Assembly: GCF_006345805.1 (NCBI RefSeq)
Contig: NC_043000.1
Location: 90,458,001-90,522,000, forward strand
Length of the DNA stretch: 64,000 nt
Direction: 5' to 3'
Origin: Octopus sinensis
Taxonomy: Eukaryota
This document shows, piece after piece, positions 40,196-51,715 of this stretch. Position 1 is the first letter of the stretch. Each line of letters begins with the position of its first letter. The position numbers and the translations under genes are program-made. The notes below the pieces were generated by a model that worked only from the letters and a program-made list of their open reading frames with translations, searched no databases and was not told where the DNA came from.

Positions 40196-42127
40196 TAAGA
40201 AACTGTGAGTGTATACGAATAGATGATGTGTATGTGTCATTTATTATGTGGGTTTCCCTGTAAAATTGTAAAGTTGTATGTTTGTATACTAATGTAATGG
40301 TATGTACCCGCATGTAGCACTTTTATATGGATGCATATATGCATGTATGTTGTATGTATATGAATTTGCATGTATACACGTGTGTATGTATGTACGCATG
40401 CGTACGGACATGCATGCATGTGTATATGCAAAAAATACTTCGTCTTTAATGCCACATCTATAATTCTCCCTGTCTCTCCTTCTCTCTCTCTCTACACACA
40501 CACATACATACACGCATACACACACGCGTACACAAAAACAGATCCATACATACATACACACATACACATATTCGTAACGACATACAGAAAGAGGAGACGT
40601 GCAAGAACGCGCACGCAACCACGTTTTCCCTGCGAAGGAACATCATTTCACTTGGTTGTAATTTCGGTCATAATGAAAAGGAAATAATGAAACAAACAAA
40701 AGTAGCAACAAAAAGAAGAAAAAAAGAAAAAAAAGAAAAAAGAAAAAAACCCACAACACAATTTAATCAAATATAAATAAAACAAATATAAAAAAAATAT
40801 TGAAGTTGAACTTAATTTATTTTCTCCACATTTTTCACATCGATTCATTCTGCCCTGTCCTAACACAACCATCACCGCTACCATTACCACTATTACCACA
40901 ACTGTCCGCACTCCACTACTACCAGCACCACCACCTATTCTAACAGCAGAAGCACCACCACTACTACCTCCACCACCACCACCACCACCAACCACCACCA
41001 CCACCACCACCACCACCTCCACCACCACCAGCAGCAGCAGCAGCAGCAGCAATAGCAGAAATACTAACTGCAAATGCAACAACAGCATTTCCAGCAAAAG
41101 CAGGGACACCAGCAAACTGCATGATGTCATACGATCTGTTAGAGATAGCAGCTAAATTGTCCTCATGTCATTACACCCTCATTTCTTACAAATGAAACAC
41201 AATGAACCATAAATATACAAAGAAAAAATATTAGGATGTGCAAGGTTGATTGTCTTTGACCGTACGGTCTGATTGAACAGGACTGACTTGAGCTTTTGCA
41301 GTGCAACAGGCTAATGTAAAGTCTTTAAGATCTTTGATTTGATGTTCTTGCTAGGATCTCTTAGAACATGCACCCCAAATAAAAAGGCAAAACAAAACAC
41401 GTGATGGTTATGACTTGAATGTTTTGGGTGGATGGTCGTGATAGGTAGGCAATCTTTTCCAGTGGCTGGAAGGTAGGTTGTCTTTTCCTGGCTGACAAAT
41501 ACCAGACCTGTCCCATTGAATTATTACTAAATTTTACTCCTTAATCTGTATCTGGATTTAATGGAAAAAGCGAGTTAACAGAAGAAATTGAACCCTGTAG
41601 TACAAGCCTAAAAAGAATATGTTAAATTTGAAGCAATAATTTATAATGACTTCCTATACTGATAACAAGGGCAAATTAGAAAACAGAAACAAAAACAAAA
41701 CAAATAAAAAAACAGAAAGGAAAAAGAAACAAGACAAAATAGACAGGAAAGTAGAAAGATGTAAAAGATAGTAAAACGGCCATTTTATAAAATACAGTGA
41801 AACTGTTGTAGTTGTTGGAAGAACGGTCGCCCAAATTGTTACCCTTTGCAGAAGCAGAGAATAACAGTTTTCGAATTAAAAATTTTTTAAAAAGGTCTTG
41901 AAATCAGTTTTCAAAGAAAGAACGTTAGTTCATGGAAGACGTTATTCCAAAATAACAAATGTCTTGGAGTGAACGAAAAAATAAACAGATTTATATGAAA
42001 TAATAGAACTTCAAAAGGGGAATTGTGGAAAAACCAAAACAGAATTAATCCAAATATCAAAATGAAAAGTAATACACGACAATAGGTAGGGGATACAGAT
42101 TTAGAGCACACTAATAAATAAGAGATA

Positions 42128-42442
42128 AAACGATAAACGTCGCCCTTTTTCAAGCCTAGCCAGGCTCATGGGCCCGGTTTCCCGGTTTCTGTGGCATATG
42201 TGTTCCCCCCAACTGGACTGGATGCCAGTCCATCGCAGCGTTACTCAAGAAACAGGAAGAGAGAGTGAGAGAAAGTTGTGGCGAAAGAGTACAACAGGGC
42301 TCACCACCACCCCTGCCGGAGCCTCGTGGAGCTTTTTTAGGTGTTTCGCTCAATAAACACACACAACGCCCGGTCTGGGAATCGAAACCACGATCCTCCG
42401 ACCGCAAGTCCGCTGCCCTAACCACTGGGCCATTGCGCCTCC
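42128..42442 (-). mobile_element. Full-length tRNA-derived SINE family C with 15-bp TSD
   Basis: Head GGAGGCGCAATGGCCCAGTGGTTAGGGCAGCGGAC..GGTTTCGATTCCC. TSD AATAAATA(A/C)GAGATA at 42113-42127 and 42443-42457. Confidence 0.9.
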
Positions 42443-43289
42443 AATAAATACGAGATACAGGAATAAAAATGCTATAGAGTATGTTATGGGAGATATATGA
42501 ACGGTGAAAACAGCTCACAGACTAAAACATCCTGAAACTGGACACGACAACCATCACTATTTAATTTTGATGAGAAAGAAGAAAACATCAATAAGGCATT
42601 TAAGAAAAATATTTAATATTCTAATTTAATACCAGAAACGACAGTAAAATGACTCATTGTTAAAGATAAAAATCATTCTAACCTTAAAACTAAAAAAAAA
42701 CTAAAAAAAAAAAACAGAAGAAGCAGAAAGGAAAAAAGACCTTTGGTAAAAAATGCCTAAACAAGCGCCTATCTACACTAAGAAACATTCTTGTTGAACT
42801 TTCAATAAAGAATAAATTTACACTTATTAGAAAATAAAATGTGTTCTTTGGTAAAGGAGTAGAAAAAATATGAAAATTTTTCCATGATTTAAACCAGCGA
42901 CAGGTCAACAAAACGATAATTGAAAATTGCAGGAAAAGAGTAAGGAATTTGAGAATGGTATGGAAACGTTAACTTCGTATAAATTTGAACTATCAAGAAT
43001 TGCTTAATATCAATAACAGTGAAAGCTAATGAAATGTCCTGAAGCCACAATATTAAGTAAATAATTCATGAGATACTAGACAAATGGTATACGTTATGTT
43101 ATATATTTATATAAACATTATAATATTGATTTCTAAGTAAACCTAGTTCTCACCTAACTACCACACACTGAGAAAATCAGATGAGTTTGAAAATATCCCT
43201 AGTAACATCAAACTAATGAGAAGGAGATCAAGTCTCCGATGTTGTCTGTAATAATTTTAGAATATAACCCGATATTGATGAGTGGGTTT

Positions 43290-43589
43290 AAGTCGAAGTG
43301 AGGCAATTTGGCGCAGCTGCTTGAACGCAGATAATTTGGCATGAGAACAGTAAAGGTGGTGCCTATAATAATTGGTGCGTAGGGAACAGTAAGCAAATAT
43401 ATAGACAAATAGCTGAAGGAGATTGAAATAGAATGCCCGGTAGAGCTCCTGCGGCAAGCTTGTCTCTTAGGGACAGCAGGGATTATCAGAAGGGTTCTAA
43501 GCTCTTGAAAGACTGCTGAAAACTTGTGGATACCTAAGGTTACTCGCATAAATCCTACCAGGAATAAGACCGAACCTGAGCCAAACTAA

Positions 43590-43652
<63 letters not shown>
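43290..43652 (+). mobile_element. R4/Dong-like LINE 3' end terminating in (TAA)n
   Basis: MRTVKVVPIIIGA*GTVSKYIDK*LKEIEIECPVELLRQACLLGTAGIIRRVLSS*, short 3' UTR, then (TAA)n at 43590-43652. Confidence 0.85.
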
Positions 43653-43654
<2 letters not shown>

Positions 43655-43655
<1 letters not shown>

Positions 43656-44430
43656 TTTACTTTGGCACACGACATAAGATTTTGGTGGAAGGGGCTATTC
43701 GATTATATTGACTCCAGTGTTCAAGTGATAATTATTTTACCCATCCCGAAAAGATGAAAGATAAAGACGAACTTGGCAAATAAAGTATAAGCATCACCCT
43801 GAGGCGGCTGTAACTGAGCGAGAAAATGTAACGATTTTTTCTACATAACTTTATTTGCTTTTGCAAATGAACAATCTGGTGCGTTTAGCTTAATGGCCTT
43901 TCAATGTATTTAGTGAATTTCTTTGCTCTAGGTTTCAGGAAGGCACTCAACAGGAAATGGAAACAAAATTGAAAAAAATTTTCATTATAATAATGATGGT
44001 GGTGATGATGATGATGATAATGATTTCTTACATAACAGAAGGTATCAAATTTTGGGGAGCCACTTGACTACTTTGACCTCTGCATTTAAATTGTCTTTAT
44101 GTTATCAAGTCGGGAAGAATGAAATGCAAAAGTCGACTACGGTGGGATATCAGAACATAAGAGTTGTAGCTTAAGCCAAGCATTTTGTCTGACGCTTTAA
44201 CGATTCTTCCAATCCACAGGCTTTTGCTAATCTAAATAATCCTTTCTACTATAGGCATGTTGTCTGAAATTTTGTGAGAGGACGGCTAGTTGATTACTAC
44301 ATCGACCCTAGTTCTCGACTGTTACTTATTTTATCGACCCTAAGAGGATGAAAGGAAAAGTCGACCTCGGCGGAACCCAAACTCAGAACGTAAAGGCGGC
44401 GTGTTAACGTGTCTGCCTGCTTGCCGCCTA
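43655..44430 (-). mobile_element. Three diverged SINE-A copies
   Basis: Core GATGAAAG..AAAGTCGACCTCGGCGGAA..AACTCAGAAC. Confidence 0.7.
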
Positions 44431-44823
44431 TTTGCTGATCTAAACAATGATAAGGACGATGACTTCCCACTGTCAGCTCGAACATTGTCATCTACAGTAG
44501 CATCAAGGAAGACGCTACGCGGTCACTCTACACCTAAAAATAACAACCAAATCTCTCTCAAATAATGCCTTTAACAGAAGAAATACTAAAAATGTGACTC
44601 TATTCATGATGTGTTTTCGAGTACTCCGAAAACGTAATTTTTGATATGTAAAACGATAAAGTCACGCCTGGAAGGCCTTTGATCACAATTTTGTTTGATT
44701 ATGGTCCCCTTGGGGGTTAAACAACAACATCAACATTGTTCTATATTTAAGTGATGAGAAATTATGTGCATTATTTACATTATTTACATTCGACGGATAT
44801 TTGTCCTCATCTTTTTTGTTGTT

Positions 44824-44869
44824 ACCACAACGTTTCGGCTGATATACCCTCCAGCCTTCTTCAGGTGTC
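44824..44869 (-). ncRNA. Minimal type-I hammerhead ribozyme motif (family 1)
   Basis: GACAC-CUGAAGA-A-GGCUG-10nt-CAGCC-GAAA-CG-UU-GUGGU; one mismatch in stem I. Confidence 0.7.
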
Positions 44870-45158
44870 TTGGGGAAATTTCGGACCTGGATTCTCATTC
44901 CTAGGGTATTTTTCGATATAATAATAATAATAATAATAATAATTATTATTATTGTTATTATTATTATTGTTATTATTATTATTGTTATTATTATTATTGT
45001 TGAGGCCACTGCTTGGCATCGTCCTCGGAATCTTGGGCTTAGTAGACCGCACTCTTAACCCAAAGATTCCGATTTCGATTTCAAACAACAACAACAACAA
45101 CAACAACAATATCGAAAAATACCTTAGGAATGAGAACCCAGGTTCGAAATTTCCCCAG

Positions 45159-45204
45159 GACACCTGAAGAAGGCTGGAGGGTATATCAGCCGAAACGTTG
45201 TGTT
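45159..45204 (+). ncRNA. Minimal type-I hammerhead ribozyme motif (family 1)
   Basis: GACAC-CUGAAGA-A-GGCUG-GAGGGUAUAU-CAGCC-GAAA-CG-UU-GUGUU: canonical CUGANGA/GAAA/UH core with paired stems I and II. Confidence 0.8.
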
Positions 45205-46439
45205 AACAAGATGAGGGCAAATAACCGTCGAATGTAAATAATGTAAATAATGAACACCAACATCATAATCATTTCTAACAATTACCGAAACTCCATCCAA
45301 TTTTGAGACAAAGGTGCAATCGACCACAATACTTGGTCATTACCGAACCCTTAAGGATGAAATTTAAAGTTGACTTCTAGTTGGATCTAAACTCAGAACT
45401 AAAGAGATTTAACAAAGTACCACAAGTCCGACACTTTAACAATTTTACAATCTTGAATACAATAGTAATATTAACAATTTTCCTACAGGTACAAGGTCAA
45501 AAATTATACGCAAAGAGAAAAGGTCGATCATATTGATCCCGGTATTTGTGTGGTAGTTTATTTTATTGACCAAATAAGGACGAAATGCGAAGATGAACCC
45601 TATGGGTTTCGAACTCAGAACACGTTGTTCAGACTAGTGCTCTATCAATTGTATCATGTACTACTCTTAATATGATGGTAATAAAAAATCTTAGCCGTCA
45701 CTCGCAAGAGCGTAAGTCTTAGTATAGTAACTTGTACCACTTTTGCGCTAATTGTTTTAGATATCTTTGTAGTTGAGGGCAGGTATAGACACCCTCTTAA
45801 TCATTTCATTCTTGACTCAAAGGGACACGAGTATATTATAGCTGGAGGAAGATTGAAAGCTATATCAGCACGTAATTATTTTCAGCTGAGTAAACAAGGG
45901 TAACACGAAATGAAGAGCCTTGTTCAAGGACACAAAGTGCAATCCGGTCCTAGAATTGAATCTATGACCTTGCGATCACGAGCTCAACTGCTTAATCTCT
46001 ACACCACGCACCTTCACATACGAGTATGACGGTATTAAGAAAAATAATAATTATTATCATAACCAACACAACCTTCCTCTCCATAATAACAACAATAATA
46101 ACGCTTAATGCAAATAGAAATTTATTTATTTATTTATTTGTATTTTCTATTCACTACTGCACTCTGCGTCTTGGTCGGAGTATTCATCGAATTTTCGAGA
46201 TCGCTGATTTACACAGAGGCTGTGAACTACATCCGTATAGACGGAACTTCTTTTTTTACGACAAACCCCCAACCATCCTTGCCTCTCTCCATAAAAAACA
46301 AAACCAAAAACATCAACAACTATAAATTAACAAAAAAACTCCTTAAACATTTATATACACCAAATAGCAAAACAAAAAAAAACTCTGCCTAAACCAAATG
46401 TGATGTTATGGCGGTATGTGTGAAGGACAGCGAGATGTT

Positions 46440-46545
46440 TCAGCCATTTAGATGCGTCTCTTAACTTCCGGTGTATAGGAGAAGCCATTACAAAGCAATA
46501 TGCACTTGCTTTTATTGGCTCCTACCGCCACATTCCCGCCCAAAG
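46440..46545 (-). promoter_or_regulatory. Candidate Pol II promoter motif cluster
   Basis: On the minus strand, in order: TTTGGGCGGGAA (GC-box/E2F-like, 46533-46544), CCAAT (46514-18), ACCGGAAGT (ETS, 46464-72), AAATGGCTG (YY1-like, 46441-49). Confidence 0.4.
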
Positions 46546-46633
46546 ACTTGCTCTTAGTCTTCTAATCGTTCAGTATTCATGTCAACTTGATTGTCATATG
46601 AAACCATGATAATGGCTTCATAATGATGTGTAC

Positions 46634-46637
<4 letters not shown>

Positions 46638-46693
<56 letters not shown>

Positions 46694-46756
46694 AGAAAGA
46701 GAGAAAGAGAGAAAGAGAGAGAGGCAGAGAAAGTGGGAAAGGAGAGAGAGTGTTTG

Positions 46757-46796
<40 letters not shown>

Positions 46797-46990
46797 AGAG
46801 TGAGATACAGAGAATGATAGAGCGTGGGAGAGTCAGAGAAAAGGAGAAACGGTTGTGTGTGTATGTGTGTGAGAAAGAGAGAGAGAAATGGTCTGAGAGG
46901 GAGAAAGGGAGAGAGAGATGGAGAGAGGGAGTGAGAGATAGGGAGAGAAGGAGAGAGAGAGAGGAGGAAAGAAACAGAATGAGAAATAAT

Positions 46991-47034
<44 letters not shown>

Positions 47035-47210
47035 GAGAGAGAGAGAACTGTTGTGTGAGGAAGTGAGGAAGAATGTTAGAAGTGAGAACTGAAAAGGGTG
47101 AAAAAGGATAATGTAAGAGATAGATAAATAGATGAATTGAGAAAGTGAAAAAAGGGAAGGGATAAGAAGAGAGGATAAGAGAGAGAGTGAAGAGAAGCAG
47201 TGATAGGGAG
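46638..47210. repeat. (GA)n/(TG)n purine-rich tract
   Basis: Direct reading. Confidence 0.9.
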
Positions 47211-47479
47211 AGTATCACATGGTGTACAAACGGAAGCATGTGCACAAATGTGTGCTCACCCAGTCACATTCATAAAACCGACGCACACATCAGACGTACG
47301 CAAGTACATATATGCATAACAGAAGGTATACGTATACTCTTGTGTCTGAGCAGTGCCTGAGTTGGAAGACAAAGTAATTTCAAGGCCAAGACTACTGACT
47401 TTCAACTGGTAAAGTCCTTCTTGATGGGAAAATGATTCGCCGGGTTATATGACTTACTTCTATAAACAAGTAGAAGTAA

Positions 47480-48240
47480 TTCTTTCTACTATAAACACAA
47501 GGTCTGAAATGTTTTGGTAGGTGAGGGGGGGTTCAATTACATCGACCCCAGTGCATAACTGGTAGTTATTTCTTCGACCCCGAAAAGATGAAAGGTAAAG
47601 TTGACCGCGGCGGAATTTGAACTCAAAACATAAAGATTAACGAAATGCCGCTAAGCATTTCGCCCGGTGTGCTAACGATTCTGCCTGCTCACCGCCTTAT
47701 AAACAAGCAGTAATGATATAATAGGTCTGGTAGGGGCCATGACGCGCCACCACCACCACGAAGAAGAAGAAGAAGCAATAATACTATGACATAGGTGGCG
47801 GGCTGGCAGAATCGTTGGCACACCGTGCAAAATACTTAGCAGCATTTCGTCTGTCTTTACGTTCTGCGTTCAAATTCCGCCGAGGTCGACATTGCCTTTC
47901 AACCTTCTCGGATTCGCTAGAACCATTGAACCATTGAACTCTGTGGATCGATGTAATCGATTAATTTACCACCTTTTAAAAATTGCTTGCCTTGTGCCAA
48001 AATTTGAAACTATTATTATTATTAAGGTGGTGAGCTGGCAGAATCGTTAGCACACCGGGTAAAATGCATAGCGACATTTCGCCCGTGTTTATGTTCTGAG
48101 TTCAGATTTCTCCGAGGTCGACTTTGCCTTTCATTTTTTTCGGGATCATTAAAATAAGTACCAGTTGAGCACTGGGAATCGGTATAATCGACTTACACCC
48201 TCCCCAGAACTTGTTGGCCTTGTGCCAAAATTTGAAACGA
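47480..48240. mobile_element. SINE-A cluster: one minus copy (47480-47698) head-to-head with two tandem plus copies (47793-48010, 48024-48240)
   Basis: GGTGG(C/T)G(G/A)GCTGGCAGAATCGTT heads and TTGTGCCAAAATTTGAAAC tails. Confidence 0.88.
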
Positions 48241-48433
48241 ATAATACTATGACATCTACAAGTGATGTGTTGGCTTTAAGTATTAGGCTTATTTTCTATC
48301 CAAGAAAGTTCACTGCAATTAACTGCTGCCTTATTCAGCGAAAATATATTTTCCCCTTTATCTGTTTAAGGCCACGATGAACTGAATATAATATGTACAG
48401 GTGTAGTAGGCAGCAGAGAGGGGAGGTAATTAA

Positions 48434-48531
48434 CTGACTACAACGCACTTATAACTGACCACAATGCCCTGACCACAACGCACTTATAACTGACCACAAT
48501 GCACTGACCACAACACACTGACCACAACACA
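48434..48531 (+). repeat. 14-bp minisatellite CTGACCACAA(C/T)GCA, six copies
   Basis: Units at 48434, 48455, 48469, 48490, 48504 and 48518, two followed by CTTATAA. Confidence 0.9.
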
Positions 48532-48654
48532 CTTTTTGCCCTATTGGTAGAGGTGATGCGTATGCATCATTAGACATGGTCTCCTTATTTTTGCTGATTT
48601 GATTCAAGTTAGAATATCAGTTAAGTTGCTATTATTTCTGTTTATTTTTGTGTT

Positions 48655-48960
48655 TTAAAGTAGAGCAGCGGTCAATGATACACTTTCTGTAAATAAAATG
48701 TACCAGGGGGCTAAAATACACAAAGTCTTTCAGCAAAGGCTGTTTGCATATGAATTGAAAAATTCAACGCTGGTTGTACAAGTGTCATGCATTAGGAACA
48801 GCCAGGTGGGGAGGGGGAGTCGACGATGTCCCAAATGAATCTGTGACATACCTAACTTTACTGAACAGACAGATAACTATAATTGATTGATGAAGCGGCA
48901 AATATGTAAATTAGTCATGGTTCTGGCAATGAAATCCTCCGTAACGGATTTGGCTATGGT
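48655..48960 (+). pseudogene. Highly decayed mariner transposase N-terminal fragment
   Basis: EQRSMIHFL.., IEKFNAGCTSV..EQPG.., ITI..DEAA..ISHGSGNEILRNGFG across several frames. Confidence 0.5.
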
Positions 48961-49078
48961 TAAACGACAAGTTTAATTGGTGTTTTATGTTCGAACCTTC
49001 AGGACAGTGACTGGAGGAAGATCACATTTTGTAATGTCACTGTAACTAATTTTCCTTGCAATAAGGAAGGGGTCGGAG

Positions 49079-49192
49079 TTCCACTTATTTCTTATTTTTA
49101 TTTTCCTAAAGTTTTCGTTGCGTCAAGACTATTGAAAAGGTTGCAAGACGCAACGAAAACTTTAGGAAAATAAAAATAAGAAATAAGTGGAA
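49079..49192. repeat. Perfect 46-bp inverted repeat with 22-nt spacer
   Basis: 49079-49124 is the exact reverse complement of 49147-49192. Confidence 0.95.
49129..49165 (+). ncRNA. Hammerhead-like motif with U3:A8 core covariation (family 3)
   Basis: CUA-UUGAAAA-G-GUUGC-AAGAC-GCAAC-GAAA-AC-UU-UAG. Confidence 0.55.
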
Positions 49193-49494
49193 ATTTTACC
49201 GGTGAGTGTGTTACATTATAAGGCACAAAAATAAAATGACTCTTCCCAGACACAACAGAATATGCTTCAACACGCGAACCAAATCCAAAGACAAAAAGTG
49301 TTTATGGTTTCATTTAAAAGCAATTTGGAAGTTATTACTCCCCAAGAAAACATATAGCTCCATCCACTGCACAATTGGAATTTCGGTCGAATTAGGTCCT
49401 ATCAGCTTCGGTTGTGTTACAAAGTCTCCATCCAACACAATTTGTTAAGTATACTTAATTAATTATTTTGGGTAATGTTTAACATGGCTTCTTA

Positions 49495-50555
49495 TTAGGC
49501 ACAAGAACAGCAATTTTGAGGAGTCGAGGCTAGTTAAAACCATCGATCCCAGTACTTGACTGATACTATAATTTACAAACTCTGGAGGGAGGAAACTGGA
49601 AAGTGACTCCAGCGGAAATTGAACTCAAAGGATTTTGTTTCACATGTAAAGAATACGAGTGGTATGACAGCAATATCGAAATGACGGCCTTCAAATTGTT
49701 AAACTCACGAGTTCTGTCTGGGAAGACAACCTACAACGAATTTTAGAGCAAAATTTGCAATTTTCTTTTTAAATCTATATACGTTTAAACAATAGAACCT
49801 TACTATCATTTGTGTCACATCCTAGAAACTTCATTCAAAAGAAGAAAAAAAACCGAACGTTTCACTTACAATAATCCCAAAAGAGAAGTTGCTAGAAGAA
49901 ATACTACAAGGCATTTTCTGACGGTTTAACGATTCTGCAAGTTTGCCACTTTAAGTAATTCTTTCTACTATAGGCACAAGGCCTGGGGGAGCGGAGCTAG
50001 TCAATTTCAAGGATACCCAGTTCTGGACTGGTACTTCTTTTAGCGGCCTCAAAAAGATGAAAGGCAAAGTCGACTTCGGTGACATTTGAACTCAGAACGT
50101 AAGGAACGGGATAAATGCCGCTAAGTATTTTGTTCGATGCGATAACGATTCTGAGCCCATTACATCGACCCCGTATGATGAAAGACAAAATCGACCACGA
50201 TGGTATTTGAAATCATAGCCTATATATTTCTAAAATAGTATCTCCCTACCTACCAACATTTTGTGTCACGTTCCAGAAATTTTATTTAAAAAAAAGCAGT
50301 AACGATTGTGCCAGCTCGATGCTCTATTTAAATGAAGTTTTGGTTTCAATTTTTGGCACAAGTCCAGCAATTTCAGGGTTGGGTGAAGTCGAATTCACCG
50401 ACCCCAGCGATCAACTGGTACTTATTTTATCGACGCCGAAAGGATGAAAGGCAAAGTCAACCTCGGCGGAAGTTGAACTCAAAACGTAAAACTCGCCAAA
50501 TGTCGCTAAGCATTTTGGCCGGCGTGCTAACGATTCTGTCATCTTGCCGCCTTAA
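49495..50555 (-). mobile_element. Cluster of SINE-A copies and fragments
   Basis: Core motif repeated at least four times. Confidence 0.75.
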
Positions 50556-51482
50556 GCTGAAATATGGAGACATAAAAATATAATTTTGTTCACAAACAAA
50601 TGCCCTGAGGTATCATAGAAATGATGATGAGTGAAAGGATGTATGAGTAAGTTGTTTTCATTAATTATGGTCTTATACGTGGATAGTTACTAAGAAAATA
50701 AATATGGAACCCACTTTATTGATGGGCCTCGTATACTGAAAAGGATTATATTTTGAAGAGAACGGCATTAAACGAGTAAGCTGTTTTTCATATAATTATA
50801 TTCAGTACCGAATCCTATGAAAATTCCACGAGTTTCGCTAATATGGAATTAATTAATTTATAGACTCCATGGTGTGTTACATAATAAGTCCCCTTTGTAG
50901 TAATGCAAAGCTATTACTATTGTGGCGGTAAGAGCGGGTTGGCAGAAAGTGAAGAACATTGATGTAAATATGTCTTGCTGTATTATGAACCATAATTCTT
51001 ACATATTAAGTTTAAAACCCGTCAAGTTCACATCTACATTTCAATCTGACTGAAATAAATTGTAGCCACAATACTCTTTACCTTATAAAAATCAACAATG
51101 AACTTAGTAATTAAATATATCTTGTGTAAGACGTATGCCTCTGGTGAGTATTGTTAGCTGAAGCGATTCTGCTGCATAAATCCTCCGTGACTTCGGTAAG
51201 TCTTCGGCGTGTAAGATGATCCCATTTCTATTTGAGTTTAATTATCATAGAGTAAGAAGTACCTAAGATATTCAACTATCAATTCATTGCTGCTGGGTTC
51301 TTTTATACTAGAAGCGTACTAATATGTTTATCAGGTATTTTGAGAATGCGATGAAGAGAAGTTATCTTTTAAATTCCTTATGACGCATGAGCGACATTTT
51401 GAATGCAGTCTTTAAAAAGAAAATGAAACACTATTTGCGTTTAGGCAAAAATAAATACTTATTTAGAAACGAATATATATAT

Positions 51483-51715
51483 TTCTTTCTTTACTACCCA
51501 CAAGGGGCTAAACACAGAGGGGACAAACAAGGACAGACAAACGGATTAAGTCGATTACATCGACCCCAGTGTGTAACTGGTACTTAATTTATCGACCCCG
51601 AAAGGATGAAAGGCAAAGTCGACCTCGGCAGAATTTGAACTCAGAACGTAACGGCAGACGAAATACGGCTACGCATTTCGCCCGGCGTGCTACCGTTTTT
51701 GCCAGCTCGCCGCCT
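51483..51715 (-). mobile_element. Well-preserved SINE-A copy with long tail variant
   Basis: Full head to tail; the tail matches 21431-21535 (TTTGTCTGTCCTTGTTTGTCCCCTCT). Confidence 0.9.

Larger units (their letters stand above)
44738..45252. mobile_element. Head-to-head inverted pair of Penelope pLTR-like units (tRNA-like head + microsatellite + hammerhead + tail)
   Basis: Arms 44769-44919 and 45109-45252 are near-perfect reverse complements. The symmetry extends inward through (AAT/AAC)n to CCCAAGATTCCGA on both strands around ~45050. Confidence 0.85.

Noticed and set aside
42370-42442. Possible tRNA genes at SINE heads (also 37010-37069, 61417, 62725, 55520)
   Set aside because: A/B boxes are present but no full cloverleaf acceptor stem is evident, and most continue into a shared SINE body.
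41500-43200. A-rich, coding-like stretch that may be the decayed 5' body of the Dong-like element
   Set aside because: No unambiguous motif; needs translated alignment to a consensus.
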